Source: Verrucomicrobiota bacterium
GTDB lineage: Bacteria; Verrucomicrobiota; Verrucomicrobiia; Limisphaerales; AAA164-E04
Assembly: GCA_047947115.1 (NCBI GenBank)
Contig: CP170459.1
Coordinates: forward strand, 32,001-96,000
Direction: 5' to 3'
Length of the DNA: 64,000 bases
The translations under genes and the position numbers were made by a program. Below, piece by piece: positions 10,637 to 21,408 of the stretch (the stretch's first letter is position 1; every line of letters begins with the position of its first letter). The notes under the pieces were generated by a model that had not been told where the DNA came from, made no database searches, and worked only from the letters and a program-made list of their open reading frames with translations.

Positions 10637-12836
10637 AAATAAATTCGCTGGTGTTAAATAGAATCCGGGCCAAACGGTTCAACCCTTCAGCGGAAGTGGA
10701 AACCCCCTCCAGTGATGATCGCTCTTCAGGTGAAGGAAGACGTCCCAACGCCAATTGAAAAGCCAGATCGAGTCGCGACGTTGAATCTGACGGTGCTTCA
10801 TCAATCAAACGCTTCGCAAAGTGCCCTGCTTCCTCATTGACCAATCTGCCGTTATACATGGCCAGGGACTGTAAAGGCGTCACAGATTTTTGACGCTTGG
10901 GAACCGTGTCCTCGCAAACCAGACTGTCAAAATTCTGCATGAAAGGCATGGTCAATGTGCGTTGCTGGTAGATGTAAATGCTTCGCTTGCGACTTTCCGG
11001 ACCTGTGTCCGTCGCCCATTTGCTTTTGGAATACTTGACGCGTTCTTCGATACCGTCCGGCAAGGCAGGGAAGATGGGCAGTCCATACATTTCGGGATTC
11101 AACCTGCCACTGACAAACAACACCGAATCTCGTATCGCTTCCGCCTCCAATCGACGCGGTGAAAAACGCCCCAGCCAGCGATTGTCCGCATCCAGATCCA
11201 AACCACGACGATCAAATTCCGTCGAACTTTGTCGATACGCCGAGGAGTTGAGCATGATGCGATGCATCGCCTTGACGCTCCACTTCTCTTCGACAAACTT
11301 CCGCGCCAGCCAATCCAGCAATTCAGGGTGCGAAGGACCTCCGCTGAGTTTTCCAAAATCACTTGGCGTCGCCACAATGCCCTGACCAAAGTGATGCATC
11401 CAGAGACGGTTCACCATCACCCGGGCGGTCATGGGATTCTCGGCTGAAGCGATCCATTCCGCCAGGGCCATTCTCCGGCTCCGGGTGGGCCAACGTTTGA
11501 AAGGGTCCAATCGAATATCGGCCGGTTCCTGATGCCCCGTGATACAACTGGGAAATCCCGCCAACACTTCTTCACCCGGGTTGTCGTATTCCCCCCGAAT
11601 CATGACCCTAGAAACAGGCACCCCCGGTTCGTATGGAGGACCAAAGGAATGACGCAGCGACATGGCGCGAGGTTCCAATCGTTTGAGATGTTGTGATGCG
11701 AACGCTGCTTGATGCGACAGATACTCATAGCGCTGACGTTCCTCGGAGGTGATTGAATCATTTTCCGGATCCATGATCCAGGCATGGAGGTCTAATTTCT
11801 CCCCCTCTTTTTCATCGGAATCTGGATCGGATTCCGAACGCTTCTGTGCCTCGGCCCGAACACGCAGGCGGGTCTTCAAAGCTTCAAACGATTCAAGTCC
11901 GGACCGAATCTCTACCCGTTTGGCTTCCGCCCACTCCGCCTCACCCTCCCGGTAGAAGGAAGTAGGCAGCGATCCCCCTATTTGATAGGCATCGCCACGT
12001 TCAGGGGGCATCAATTGCACGGTGTTGAAAAAGGCCTTCATCCGGTAAAAATCCCTGGTGGAAATTCCGTCATACTTGTGATCGTGACACTTTGCGCAAC
12101 CCACCGTGAGCCCGAGAAAAACCGAACCAACCGTGGAAGTCATTTCACTGAGCATCTCATGACGCGTCTCATCCCCGCGCGGTTCGGTGAATGGAGCGAG
12201 CCTGAGAAACGTCATGGCTACGACATGTTCGGGTTCGGGCAAAGGCAACTCACCGGCGCCCATGATTTCCTTGAATTCATCGCCAGCGATCTGTTCCCTG
12301 ATGAACTGATCGTAAGGCTTGTCGCGGTTCAGAGAATCAATCACATAATCCCGATAGCGCCAGGCATGAGGCAGATCCGGATCCCCCTCATATCCTGCCG
12401 TATCGGCGTAACGAGCCAGATCCAGCCAAAACTTCGCCCAACGTTCACCATAACGTTCATCCTCAAGCAAGGCATCCACCAAACGCTCGTAAGCCTGAGG
12501 CTGATCATCCTTCAAAAAGGCTTCGATTTGTTCGGGTGTCGGAGGCAAGCCGATAAGATCAAAATACAAACGACGAACAAGCGTGCGCCGACCTGTCTCC
12601 GGAGCAAAGGAAAGCCCGTTTGCTTCCAGAGTGTTAAGAAGAAAGGAATCAATCTCATTCCGCACCCGCTTCTCATTTTTCACCTCAGGCGGTGGGAGCG
12701 ATCGGGGAGGGTAAAAAGGCCATTCGTTGCTTCCGGCTTCCACCGTTATGCCCAGCAAAAATACAGCCGAAAAACACCCAAGCACGCAACACAAGGAAGC
12801 TGCGGACCAATCAGGCATCTTTAACAGGGAAATCAT
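10626..12836 (-). CDS. DUF1549/DUF1553 (PSD1) protein
   Basis: RRLYFDLIGLPP, YGERWA..WLDLARYAD, CAKCHDH, ARVMVNRLW, PSHPELLDWLA, TPLQSL. Confidence 0.9.
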   Translation of the reverse strand: MISLLKMPDWSAASLCCVLGCFSAVFLLGITVEAGSNEWPFYPPRSLPPPEVKNEKRVRNEIDSFLLNTLEANGLSFAPETGRRTLVRRLYFDLIGLPPTPEQIEAFLKDDQPQAYERLVDALLEDERYGERWAKFWLDLARYADTAGYEGDPDLPHAWRYRDYVIDSLNRDKPYDQFIREQIAGDEFKEIMGAGELPLPEPEHVVAMTFLRLAPFTEPRGDETRHEMLSEMTSTVGSVFLGLTVGCAKCHDHKYDGISTRDFYRMKAFFNTVQLMPPERGDAYQIGGSLPTSFYREGEAEWAEAKRVEIRSGLESFEALKTRLRVRAEAQKRSESDPDSDEKEGEKLDLHAWIMDPENDSITSEERQRYEYLSHQAAFASQHLKRLEPRAMSLRHSFGPPYEPGVPVSRVMIRGEYDNPGEEVLAGFPSCITGHQEPADIRLDPFKRWPTRSRRMALAEWIASAENPMTARVMVNRLWMHHFGQGIVATPSDFGKLSGGPSHPELLDWLARKFVEEKWSVKAMHRIMLNSSAYRQSSTEFDRRGLDLDADNRWLGRFSPRRLEAEAIRDSVLFVSGRLNPEMYGLPIFPALPDGIEERVKYSKSKWATDTGPESRKRSIYIYQQRTLTMPFMQNFDSLVCEDTVPKRQKSVTPLQSLAMYNGRLVNEEAGHFAKRLIDEAPSDSTSRLDLAFQLALGRLPSPEERSSLEGVSTSAEGLNRLARILFNTSEFIYVD

Positions 12837-12891
12837 GCGTGCATTCTGTATCCTGCCGAAAGGTCGATCAAGCCAGAATCAACGGGACCTA

Positions 12892-13674
12892 TCAATGCAG
12901 TTTATCCGCATCACAAACCACCCGGAATCCCAAATCGAAATACCTGTAATCACCGTTATTCCGATGGCGTGCGGCTGACCGACAATCAACTTGGGTCAAG
13001 CCCCAGGAACCACCACGGAGATCTCGGCCGCTTTTGATCTCACGATTCACCAGATCGGATTCCGTTTTGTAGGTATCTTCCCTTATGGCACACCACTCCG
13101 ACACATTACCGTGCATGTCGAACAGCCCCCAGGCATTGGCCTGCTTGCTAGCCACGGGATGTGATTGATTCCCGCTGTTCTTTTGATACCACCCCACTCT
13201 CCCCAAGGCCTCAGCACCGTTGCACGCGCAATAGGCTGTTTTGGTTCCGGCGCGACAGGCGTATTCCCATTCGACGCCTGTAGGAAGACGGTAATGTTTC
13301 TTTTCCTTGTCGCTGAGTCGTTGGCAAAACATTACGGCTTCATGCCATGTAATGTTTTCCACCGGACGATTCTCTCCCTTGAAGGAACTCGGATCGGTAC
13401 CCATGATGTCACGCCATTGCTTTTGAGTGACCTCGGTCGTGCCGATCAGGAAACCCTTCTCAATGGTTTCAGTGGTCAGCACTTCATTGGTGGTACGCCC
13501 AGGTTCTGAAGTGGTACTGCCCATCAAGTATACTCCAGAGGGAAGGCAGGTCAGCTTCATTCCCTCCGAATTAGTGATGGTAATGAACGGTTCAAAGGCC
13601 TGAGCCAACATTTCACAAAAACCTATCGTGCTCCCGAACAAAATCAGGAGCAAAGCATTGATCGGAGCATTCAT
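12892..13674 (-). CDS. Formylglycine-generating-enzyme (SUMF1/FGE-sulfatase) domain protein
   Basis: TEVTQKQW, RLPT..EWEYACRAG, NAWGLFDMHGNVSEW, RGGSW, GFRV; ATG at 13674 overlaps the upstream TGA. Lacks the canonical FGE two-Cys motif. Confidence 0.85.
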   Translation of the reverse strand: MNAPINALLLILFGSTIGFCEMLAQAFEPFITITNSEGMKLTCLPSGVYLMGSTTSEPGRTTNEVLTTETIEKGFLIGTTEVTQKQWRDIMGTDPSSFKGENRPVENITWHEAVMFCQRLSDKEKKHYRLPTGVEWEYACRAGTKTAYCACNGAEALGRVGWYQKNSGNQSHPVASKQANAWGLFDMHGNVSEWCAIREDTYKTESDLVNREIKSGRDLRGGSWGLTQVDCRSAARHRNNGDYRYFDLGFRVVCDADKLH

Positions 13675-14015
13675 TTTCGAACATCGAAACATATCAGATG
13701 ACCCTTTCCATTTCTGACGTAAAGGCTCCCATTGGAAAGCACGGGAGCGGTTCGGCATGGGGTCCGGGGAGGGAGCACTTGTTCTCGAAAGATGATATCA
13801 AACTCCCTGGGATTGGCCCTGGCAATGACGAGTTCACCATCGCCACCCAACGCCAAGATTCGACCGTCGGAGCTGAAAGAAAGTGAACCATTACCCAACC
13901 GCGGGCTTCGCCATTGTTCCAGCCGAGGATTCTTACGGTGTCGGTATCGCTGACGTATGTGACGGTTGAGTGATTCAACTGGGGATTTTTTTTTGCGCCC
14001 CCAAAGAGCTTTCAC
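13671..14015 (-). pseudogene. 3' remnant of a PQQ-like beta-propeller gene
   Basis: Only the last blades are present (DGRILALGGDGELVIA...TAPVLSNGSLYVRN..HLICFD); the upstream part looks non-coding. Confidence 0.7.
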
Positions 14016-14181
14016 CGATTGTCACACACGAACAAAGACTTTCGATCTTAACTCACTTCAATCCAACCTGAAGCCGGTGATGATATCCACAGGGTTGATT
14101 TTGAGATTTGATATCCTTGTTTGTCATATGATTTGAGTTATGATTCGCAGGATATCGAACCGCAATCTCAACAAACAAAGA

Positions 14182-16605
14182 ATGACCGTTAAACAAAGAA
14201 CCAACAAATTCATCGCAGCCACGATTTTTCACATTATCGTCGCTTCATTGAGTGTTTATTCAACTACAGCAGAAGAGGTTGAACCAGATTTCACTCAAGG
14301 CGGAAAAACCGATGGCAGCCACGATTGGACACTCGGCCCCACCGGTGCTCGAGGTTGGATGCATGCATGGAAGAACACCGCCGACGCCCGTCAGATCCTG
14401 ATCACGGAAGTGGCCAAAGGTTCACCCGCGGAAGGTGTCTTGGAAGTAGACGACGTCATTCTTGGGGTCGGAGACAAGCCCTTCAACTCTGACGCGCGCA
14501 TCGCCTTCGCTCGCGCCATCACACAAGCCGAACAGGAAACAGCTCAAGGAAGACTCAACCTGATCCGCTGGCGAACCGGCAAAACTGAACAAGTTTCCAT
14601 CAAACTTCCCGTCATGGGAACCTACAGCGCCACCGCACCGTATGAGTGTCAAAAGTCAGCCAGGATTTTCAAACTTGGATGTGAAACCATCGCGAAACGA
14701 GGCTTCAACAACGTTTCCATTCCGAACAGTATCAATGCCCTTGCCCTGCTCGCCAGTGGCGAACCAAAGTACCGTCCCCTGCTTTCCAAATACGCCCAGC
14801 TGGTGGCGAACTACCAGGTTGGACCGTTTGCAACCTGGCACTACGGCTATGCGGTTACCTTTCTCGCCGAATATGTCCTGACAACCGGCGACAAATCCGT
14901 CTTTCCCGGACTCAAACGTCTCGCACTTGAATCCGCACGCGGCCAAAGCCTCGTGGGCACGTGGGGACACCGATTCGCGTTGCCGGACGGAAGGGTCGGT
15001 GGCTACGGCTGCATGAATTCACCCGGCATCCCACTGACCATCTCCATGGTACTCGCTCGTGAAGCAGGAGTGAGAGATCCGGACCTGGACCTCGCCATCA
15101 ATCGCTCAGCCGGATTCCTGCGCTGGTATGTCAACAAGGGAGCTGTTCCCTACGGTGATCATCACCCCTGGCCAGGACATGAGGACAACGGCAAATGCTC
15201 CATGGCAGCCGTACTCTTTGACCTGCTCGGAGACAGCGAAGCCGCAGCCTTCTTTACCAAAATGAGTATTGCCGCCTACGACGAGCGGGAACGCGGTCAT
15301 ACTGGCAATTTCTTTAATATCCTTTGGGCAATGCCTGCTGTGTCCAGAGGTGGCTCATTGGCCACCGGCGCCTACTGGATGGAACAAGCGTGGTATTACG
15401 ACCTGGCCCGAGGATGGGACAGCAGCTTCCGATACCAAGGATCACCCGTTGGTGAGGAAGAGCACAATAAATACACCCACTGGGATAACACGGGTACCTA
15501 CCTGTTGGCCTACGCTTTACCACTCAAAAGCCTCTACATCACCGGCAAGAAATCTTCCTCCGTCCCAACATTGGATTCATTTGAAACGAAAGAGATCATT
15601 GAAGCAGGACGTGATTACTTTTCGACACGCAGCAGGCTTTCCGGCCGAGATATGGACCGTTACCGATACGAACATCGAAGCAATGAAATATTGCTCGATG
15701 GATTAGCAAGCTGGTCTCCCGCGGTCCGCAAACGTTCGGCGCAGGAACTCGGACGTCGTGAGGGAGATTTCCTGCCGATTCTCCTGAGAATGTTGAAATC
15801 CAACAATCAGAACGCCCGTTATGGAGCCGTCGAGGCACTCGGTAATCTCGACTCGAATTCTGAAGTGCTCACCAGGGTATCCGTCCTGACGGAGACACTC
15901 GCAGCGGATGACCTCTGGCTGAGAATACTCGCCGCCGATGCCCTCGCCACCATGGGGGAACCGGCGAGAATCGCGGTTCCGGCGATGCTCGAGCGTTATG
16001 CGAAATGGGATGCAGCAATGGATCCCAGAGGCATGGAACAACGCTACCTTTCCTTCGCTCTGTTCAACCGACGTGGCGGCTTGATCGGACGGTCGCTGGA
16101 AGGGGTCGACCGTGAACTGCTTCTTCAAGCCGTACGCATCGGACTACAAAACGAAGACGGACGCGCGCGCGGCAGTTTCACCAGCGTTTATCAGAACCTT
16201 GCCTTTGATGAAATCAAGCCACTGCTCCCAGCCATTCATCAGGCGATTGTCGAGAAAGCTCCCAGCGGCATCATGTTCGCGAGCGAAATCCGAATGAGCG
16301 GTCTGGAACTCTTCGCAAAACACCGGATCAACGAAGGAATCGAATTGCTGGTTGATTACGCCCCTAATCAAAAAGCCCACGGCAGCGAAAAACGCATCGT
16401 CCAAGTCATGGAAATGCTGAAAAGCTACGGAGCACATGCCAAACGGGTCATCCCACAATTAAAAGCTGCCGCAGTTCATTTCGACAACGGCGAGGAAAAC
16501 TACCCTCTCCAACTCAGCCAAGGAAAAGCAAAACTCGTAAGGGAAACCATCCGGGAGATCGAAGCTGCAACCGATAAACCAGTGTTGATTTCCATCACTC
16601 AATAA
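14182..16605 (+). CDS. DUF6288-like secreted protein (PDZ-like region, alpha-helical region, HEAT repeats)
   Basis: PDFT.GG..DWTLGPTGARGW, ITEVAKGSPAEG PDZ-like segment, GHTGNFF, HEAT-like repeats; signal-like N-terminus. Confidence 0.7.
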   Translation: MTVKQRTNKFIAATIFHIIVASLSVYSTTAEEVEPDFTQGGKTDGSHDWTLGPTGARGWMHAWKNTADARQILITEVAKGSPAEGVLEVDDVILGVGDKPFNSDARIAFARAITQAEQETAQGRLNLIRWRTGKTEQVSIKLPVMGTYSATAPYECQKSARIFKLGCETIAKRGFNNVSIPNSINALALLASGEPKYRPLLSKYAQLVANYQVGPFATWHYGYAVTFLAEYVLTTGDKSVFPGLKRLALESARGQSLVGTWGHRFALPDGRVGGYGCMNSPGIPLTISMVLAREAGVRDPDLDLAINRSAGFLRWYVNKGAVPYGDHHPWPGHEDNGKCSMAAVLFDLLGDSEAAAFFTKMSIAAYDERERGHTGNFFNILWAMPAVSRGGSLATGAYWMEQAWYYDLARGWDSSFRYQGSPVGEEEHNKYTHWDNTGTYLLAYALPLKSLYITGKKSSSVPTLDSFETKEIIEAGRDYFSTRSRLSGRDMDRYRYEHRSNEILLDGLASWSPAVRKRSAQELGRREGDFLPILLRMLKSNNQNARYGAVEALGNLDSNSEVLTRVSVLTETLAADDLWLRILAADALATMGEPARIAVPAMLERYAKWDAAMDPRGMEQRYLSFALFNRRGGLIGRSLEGVDRELLLQAVRIGLQNEDGRARGSFTSVYQNLAFDEIKPLLPAIHQAIVEKAPSGIMFASEIRMSGLELFAKHRINEGIELLVDYAPNQKAHGSEKRIVQVMEMLKSYGAHAKRVIPQLKAAAVHFDNGEENYPLQLSQGKAKLVRETIREIEAATDKPVLISITQ

Positions 16606-16624
16606 CTTTGTTTCCAGCACAAAA

Positions 16625-16664
16625 ACCCGACCTGTCAGGACGGCCTGAATCATCGTTTGTCGGG
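16625..16664. terminator. Stem-loop between convergent genes
   Basis: CCCGAC...GTCGGG outer stem with inner TCAGG/CCTGA. Confidence 0.4.
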
Positions 16665-16686
16665 AAAGCGGATCAAGCATTCCGGA

Positions 16687-17766
16687 TCAGTTTCCGCCTC
16701 TATGATGCGGACTTTCCAGAAGGTGTTTTCTCAAAAGATCCTCACCGAAATCATTGCCAGGTTCGCGGAACACCGTGTGAATATGGTTAATGGGCCCATC
16801 ATTGCGTCCGGGAGGGTAATGATTATCGAACTCAATGATGACCGTGGGACCGTGAATGCGATAGTAATAGGGTTTGTCTTCTTCCGTACCCGCCCATGCG
16901 AAATGAATCTTGTCCAATCCTGATTTCATGATTCGATTCATTTGAATGTGTGCAATGTCGTGCTGGTAATTGTGCACATATTCGTCGAGGAGTCTCATGA
17001 ATAAACGAACTTGCCCAGGATCCAGCTCGGAAACCGGCAGACCCACAGGTGTTGTCAATTGATCACCTCGTGTTGGGCCGGTAACGACATCTCGGGGCGC
17101 CACATCATCAATCACCGCTTTCGCCCGTTGCTCCTCATTGAGTGACTGAAACAGTCTGATCCCCTTCTCGTCTTCGGCATGTTGAACCATCCAACCGGAA
17201 TAGGTTCCCTGCGGAAGTCTTGCCGGATCAGATCCCATAAATGCGGGCCGGACCGACACCTCGTCTCCGATCACCGTGATGTTCAGAGCCAGATGATGTC
17301 CATCCAACTGCCATCCCCAGGTTTTGTCTTTGGCAGGATCGCCAAAAATCCCCATCCAATAGAGGCCGTGACCAAACATAGGAGTCGCATTCGGACGTCG
17401 TTCCGCTGCCATGGCTTTGAGCAGTTCGTCCAGATGCATGATACCGGTTGTCTTGAGATAGCCCTGGCTGCTTAACGTGCTTTGAAACAGTTGATGGGCC
17501 AATGAACGCTGTTCAGGTGTCATCTCCTCAAAACTGACGCCTTCCCGCTTGAATGCAGTTGAAGGAAGATTGCTCCAGGCGCGTCGCTCCTTGTCATCCA
17601 TGCTAAATGCCACCTGCTTGCGCATTTGAGGACTGAGCCCCTCTAGAAAAGAAATTGCAGCCTGTCGCATTTCTGCAACCGGAGCTTTGTATTCCATTTG
17701 ATTGTCCGCAGAAAAGGCGATGGTGCCGCTTAGGATCATTAAAGTCGTAAGGATGGATGGTTTCAT
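16687..17766 (-). CDS. DUF3500 family protein, secreted
   Basis: WGWQLDGHHLALN, HFAWAG, YYRIHGP, NHIHTVFR..NDFG. Confidence 0.85.
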   Translation of the reverse strand: MKPSILTTLMILSGTIAFSADNQMEYKAPVAEMRQAAISFLEGLSPQMRKQVAFSMDDKERRAWSNLPSTAFKREGVSFEEMTPEQRSLAHQLFQSTLSSQGYLKTTGIMHLDELLKAMAAERRPNATPMFGHGLYWMGIFGDPAKDKTWGWQLDGHHLALNITVIGDEVSVRPAFMGSDPARLPQGTYSGWMVQHAEDEKGIRLFQSLNEEQRAKAVIDDVAPRDVVTGPTRGDQLTTPVGLPVSELDPGQVRLFMRLLDEYVHNYQHDIAHIQMNRIMKSGLDKIHFAWAGTEEDKPYYYRIHGPTVIIEFDNHYPPGRNDGPINHIHTVFREPGNDFGEDLLRKHLLESPHHRGGN

Positions 17767-18011
17767 CGTTCGTTATGTTAGCTGTTGGCTCTTGGGAAAA
17801 TGAGATTATGGGGTGGAAGCAGCCTGGTTTCAATTCAAGATTCCGTAAAAAACGGTTCCATTGCTTTGTGGTTTGTATTGGGAGTAAGACGAAGCTTACC
17901 CCTCCGGACATGAGTTTCTATTTTTTGACCTGCGCCCCTGTTCTTCTTCGTGTTGCTTCGCGGTTTATACAAGACGCTTTTCGTTTTAACCGGGCATGTT
18001 ATCGTTGTCGC

Positions 18012-18653
18012 GTGTTCATCACTGAATTCATCACCGTCGCCATCGTTCACGCCCTGGCTGTCATGAGCCCGGGACCGGACTTTGCCATGGTGACCCGGAA
18101 CAGCCTCCTTTACACGCGGCGAACGGGCATCCTGACCGCGCTCGGTATTTCACTGGGAATTGCAGTTCATGTGGCTTACTGCCTGCTGGGTATTGGTCTG
18201 GTCATTTCCCGATCGATCCTTGCCTTTTCGATCGTCAAATACCTCGGCGCTGCGTATCTCATCTACATCGGATACCAATCACTCCAAGCCAGCAGACTCG
18301 ATTCCAAGAGTGAAAGCAATGCCCCCCAAGCGGACACCCCGACACATGAAATGGCAACCATGGCGTCGATCCGAACAGGATTCCTCACCAACCTATTGAA
18401 CCCAAAAGCCACCCTGTTCTTTCTTGCCCTGTTCACCCAGGTGATCGATCCAAACACACCAAAACACATTCAGGCTTTGTATGGCATCGAAATGATGATC
18501 ATCACCTTTGTCTGGTTTATGCTGTTGGCCCTGTTCTTCTCAAATGCAATCATCCGAAAACGCATCCTCCGAGTGCAACACCTCATCGAACGCGCCACCG
18601 GGTTGGTCTTTATCCTCCTGGGAATCAAAGTGGCCCTGACCACGCATGAATAA
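18012..18653 (+). CDS. LysE/RhtB family amino-acid exporter
   Basis: SPGPDFAMV, GAAYLIYIG, GFLTNLLNPKA; GTG start at 18012. Confidence 0.9.
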   Translation: MFITEFITVAIVHALAVMSPGPDFAMVTRNSLLYTRRTGILTALGISLGIAVHVAYCLLGIGLVISRSILAFSIVKYLGAAYLIYIGYQSLQASRLDSKSESNAPQADTPTHEMATMASIRTGFLTNLLNPKATLFFLALFTQVIDPNTPKHIQALYGIEMMIITFVWFMLLALFFSNAIIRKRILRVQHLIERATGLVFILLGIKVALTTHE

Positions 18654-18805
18654 AGTGGTTCCGGGCGAAGGTAAGAAATCCATCCTGATGCCAGAGAATC
18701 GGCGAGGACGGACTCCCCATTTCAACGGTACCAGCAGGCGCTCCAGAGATGACACCTGAACTTCGCAATAACCAAACAGCACAAAACCGAGTATCGTTTT
18801 CAATC

Positions 18806-19867
18806 ATGAGCAAATCCATTGATTATCGATTTTCCTTCGGCCCTTGGAACATCAGTGAGGGCGCAGATCCATTTGGACCAGACGTACGCCCTGCCCATCC
18901 CCATGAGGAGAAGTATGCCCTCTATCGCCAGATGGGTTTCGAGGGGGTTCAATTCCATGATGATGATGTGGTGCCCGGGCTGGAAGCCTTAACTTCAGAA
19001 CAAATCATGGCGAAAGCGGCCGAGGTGAAAACCATGTTGGACAACCAGGGTCTGGTTCCGGAATTCGTGGCCCCGCGCTTGTGGTTTGACGCCCGCACCA
19101 TCGATGGAGGCTACACCTCCAACAGCGCTTCCGACCGCGCCTACGCCCTGGATCGAACAAAGCAAAGCATCGACATCGCCCGCGCCATCGGCAGCAAAGC
19201 GATCGTAATCTGGCTCGCCAGAGAAGGTACCTATATTCGGGAAGCAAAGGATGCCAAACTGGCTTACGAACGATTGCTGGAAACGTTGAATGCCATGCTG
19301 GATCACGACAAGGAGATCGAAATCTGGATCGAACCCAAACCCAACGAACCCACCGACCAGGCTTACGTGCCGACCATCGGTCACGCCCTAACGCTATCCT
19401 ATGCGTCCAATGATCATACCCGGGTCAAAGGACTGATCGAAAGCGCCCATGCGCTGCTCGCTGGTTTGGATCCAAGTGATGAAATGGCGTTTGCCCTGGC
19501 ACATGACAAGCTAGCCAGTGTTCACCTGAATGATCAAAACGGACTCAAATACGATCAGGACAAAAACTTTGGAGGTGCCAACCTTCGGACAGCTTTCAAC
19601 CAGGTCCGCGTATTGGAAGAAGCCGGCTACGGTTCAAGAGGCGAATTCATCGGACTGGATGTCAAAGCCATGCGCACCCAGAAAGGAACCCCCGTCACAA
19701 CCCATCTTTCCAACAGTCGCAAGTTTTTCCTGCATCTGGTTGAAAAATATCGATCCCTGAATCACGAACAAGTCGCGAACTACCGCGATGCAAGGGACTA
19801 CGAAAGCCTTGAATGTCTCATTATGGAACACCTACTGGGAGTCCGATACCGCACATGGTTTCAATAG
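18806..19867 (+). CDS. Xylose-isomerase-family (TIM barrel) sugar isomerase
   Basis: DPFG, FHDDD, W..REG, IEPKPNEP, E..H, KYDQD, LDVK. Confidence 0.85.
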   Translation: MSKSIDYRFSFGPWNISEGADPFGPDVRPAHPHEEKYALYRQMGFEGVQFHDDDVVPGLEALTSEQIMAKAAEVKTMLDNQGLVPEFVAPRLWFDARTIDGGYTSNSASDRAYALDRTKQSIDIARAIGSKAIVIWLAREGTYIREAKDAKLAYERLLETLNAMLDHDKEIEIWIEPKPNEPTDQAYVPTIGHALTLSYASNDHTRVKGLIESAHALLAGLDPSDEMAFALAHDKLASVHLNDQNGLKYDQDKNFGGANLRTAFNQVRVLEEAGYGSRGEFIGLDVKAMRTQKGTPVTTHLSNSRKFFLHLVEKYRSLNHEQVANYRDARDYESLECLIMEHLLGVRYRTWFQ

Positions 19868-20088
19868 GCACATGAAGCCAGGAACATCTCTGCCATCACA
19901 GGAAGTATTTTCAAACGCCAAGCGTAATTTGGAATGTCAGACCAGTGTATTTGCCTAAACTGAATAAGTTGGTCTTCCATCGTCTCCAAAGCACTCTCAA
20001 AATTTCTCAAGTTTTATGACGCAGCGATTTTTCCCCTGCGATTTCCACCTACATTGATTCGGGTATGCAGCAATGGAAGCTCTTGGAA

Positions 20089-21408
20089 TCAAATCTCCCA
20101 CCCTTTTCGGTATGCTTTGCTCACATATTGGTTGGCGCTCTTGTTATTGCTCACTTCCATGCGATCTGCATCCCATTTGATTTCAGTTCCAGCGCGCAAG
20201 GCGACCTGTCCCAGCAAAACCACTTCGGTGACAGGGCCGGCTTTTTCAAAATTTGACAACGCAGGCGAGCCACCCTTACAGGCGTTGATCCAATCATCGT
20301 AATGGCATTCATGCCAACTCGGACATTCACCGAACATGTCAGGCACTTCAAGATCTGCATACTTGCGTCCGCTTTTCAGACGACCACCCCCACTATAATG
20401 GGTTAGCATGGTGTCCGCCTCGCCAATCATGATGATTCCATTCGTGTCAAACTCAGCGCCCGGAAAAAGGTCTTGAGATGGTTTTCGACCTCCGTCGTAC
20501 CAGTGAAACTTGAATGCGGAGCGACCTTCACGTTTTGGAAAATCCCATACGATGTGGGACTCGGTTGGCCCGGTTTCAGAAGTTTGGCCCCGGCCTTCAG
20601 CCACAATTTTTTCAGGATCCCGTATATCCAGGGTTAACGTCGCCAAATTTAGGAGATGACACCCCATGTCCCCGATGGCCCCCGTACCAAAATCCCAGAA
20701 CCCACGCCAGGCGAATGGATGATATGCGGGATGATAGGGACGCCAAGGGGCACAGCCAATCCAAAGATCCCAGTCAATGTGATCAGGAGCATTGTGAACA
20801 CCTGCAGGGCGTCCAATCCCCTGCTTCCACCTGCCACCCGGTCGATCGGTCCAGCAATGCAATTCCTTGATCTCGCCCAGAGCTCCGGATTTGACGACCT
20901 CGGCGTCGCGCCTCATCTTCGGAGCCGAGATGCCCTGATTCCCCATCTGAGTGGCCACTCCGGCTTTGCGTGCGGCAAGGGTCAAAGTGCGCGCTTCCCA
21001 AACCGTATGCGTCAGAGGTTTCTGACAAAACACATGTTTCCCGGATAGCACCGCGCGCATGGCCGGGTGAAAATGCATATGATCCGGTGTGGAGATGGTC
21101 ACCGCATCCACTTTATCCACCATTTCGTCGAACATCACTCGATAATCCTGATAACGCTTTGCCTCGGGAAACTTTTGAAACATCCTGGCTCCATGGATGG
21201 GATCAATATCCACCAGAGCCACGATGTTTTGAGATCCACACATGGCGACATCCGTTGCGCCTTTTCCGCCGCAACCGATGCCCGCAATATTCAACCGTTC
21301 GTTTGCACCCAGTACATTTCGGACGGACACAAAGGGAAAAGCTACCGCACTGGCGCCGAAGGCCGAACGGACCGCAAATGAGCGACGTGAAAGCATGTTC
21401 TTTTTCAT
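20089..21408 (-). CDS. Gfo/Idh/MocA oxidoreductase with Tat signal
   Basis: SRRSF, IGCGGKG, STPDHMH, CQKPL, GDMGCH. Confidence 0.9.
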   Translation of the reverse strand: MKKNMLSRRSFAVRSAFGASAVAFPFVSVRNVLGANERLNIAGIGCGGKGATDVAMCGSQNIVALVDIDPIHGARMFQKFPEAKRYQDYRVMFDEMVDKVDAVTISTPDHMHFHPAMRAVLSGKHVFCQKPLTHTVWEARTLTLAARKAGVATQMGNQGISAPKMRRDAEVVKSGALGEIKELHCWTDRPGGRWKQGIGRPAGVHNAPDHIDWDLWIGCAPWRPYHPAYHPFAWRGFWDFGTGAIGDMGCHLLNLATLTLDIRDPEKIVAEGRGQTSETGPTESHIVWDFPKREGRSAFKFHWYDGGRKPSQDLFPGAEFDTNGIIMIGEADTMLTHYSGGGRLKSGRKYADLEVPDMFGECPSWHECHYDDWINACKGGSPALSNFEKAGPVTEVVLLGQVALRAGTEIKWDADRMEVSNNKSANQYVSKAYRKGWEI

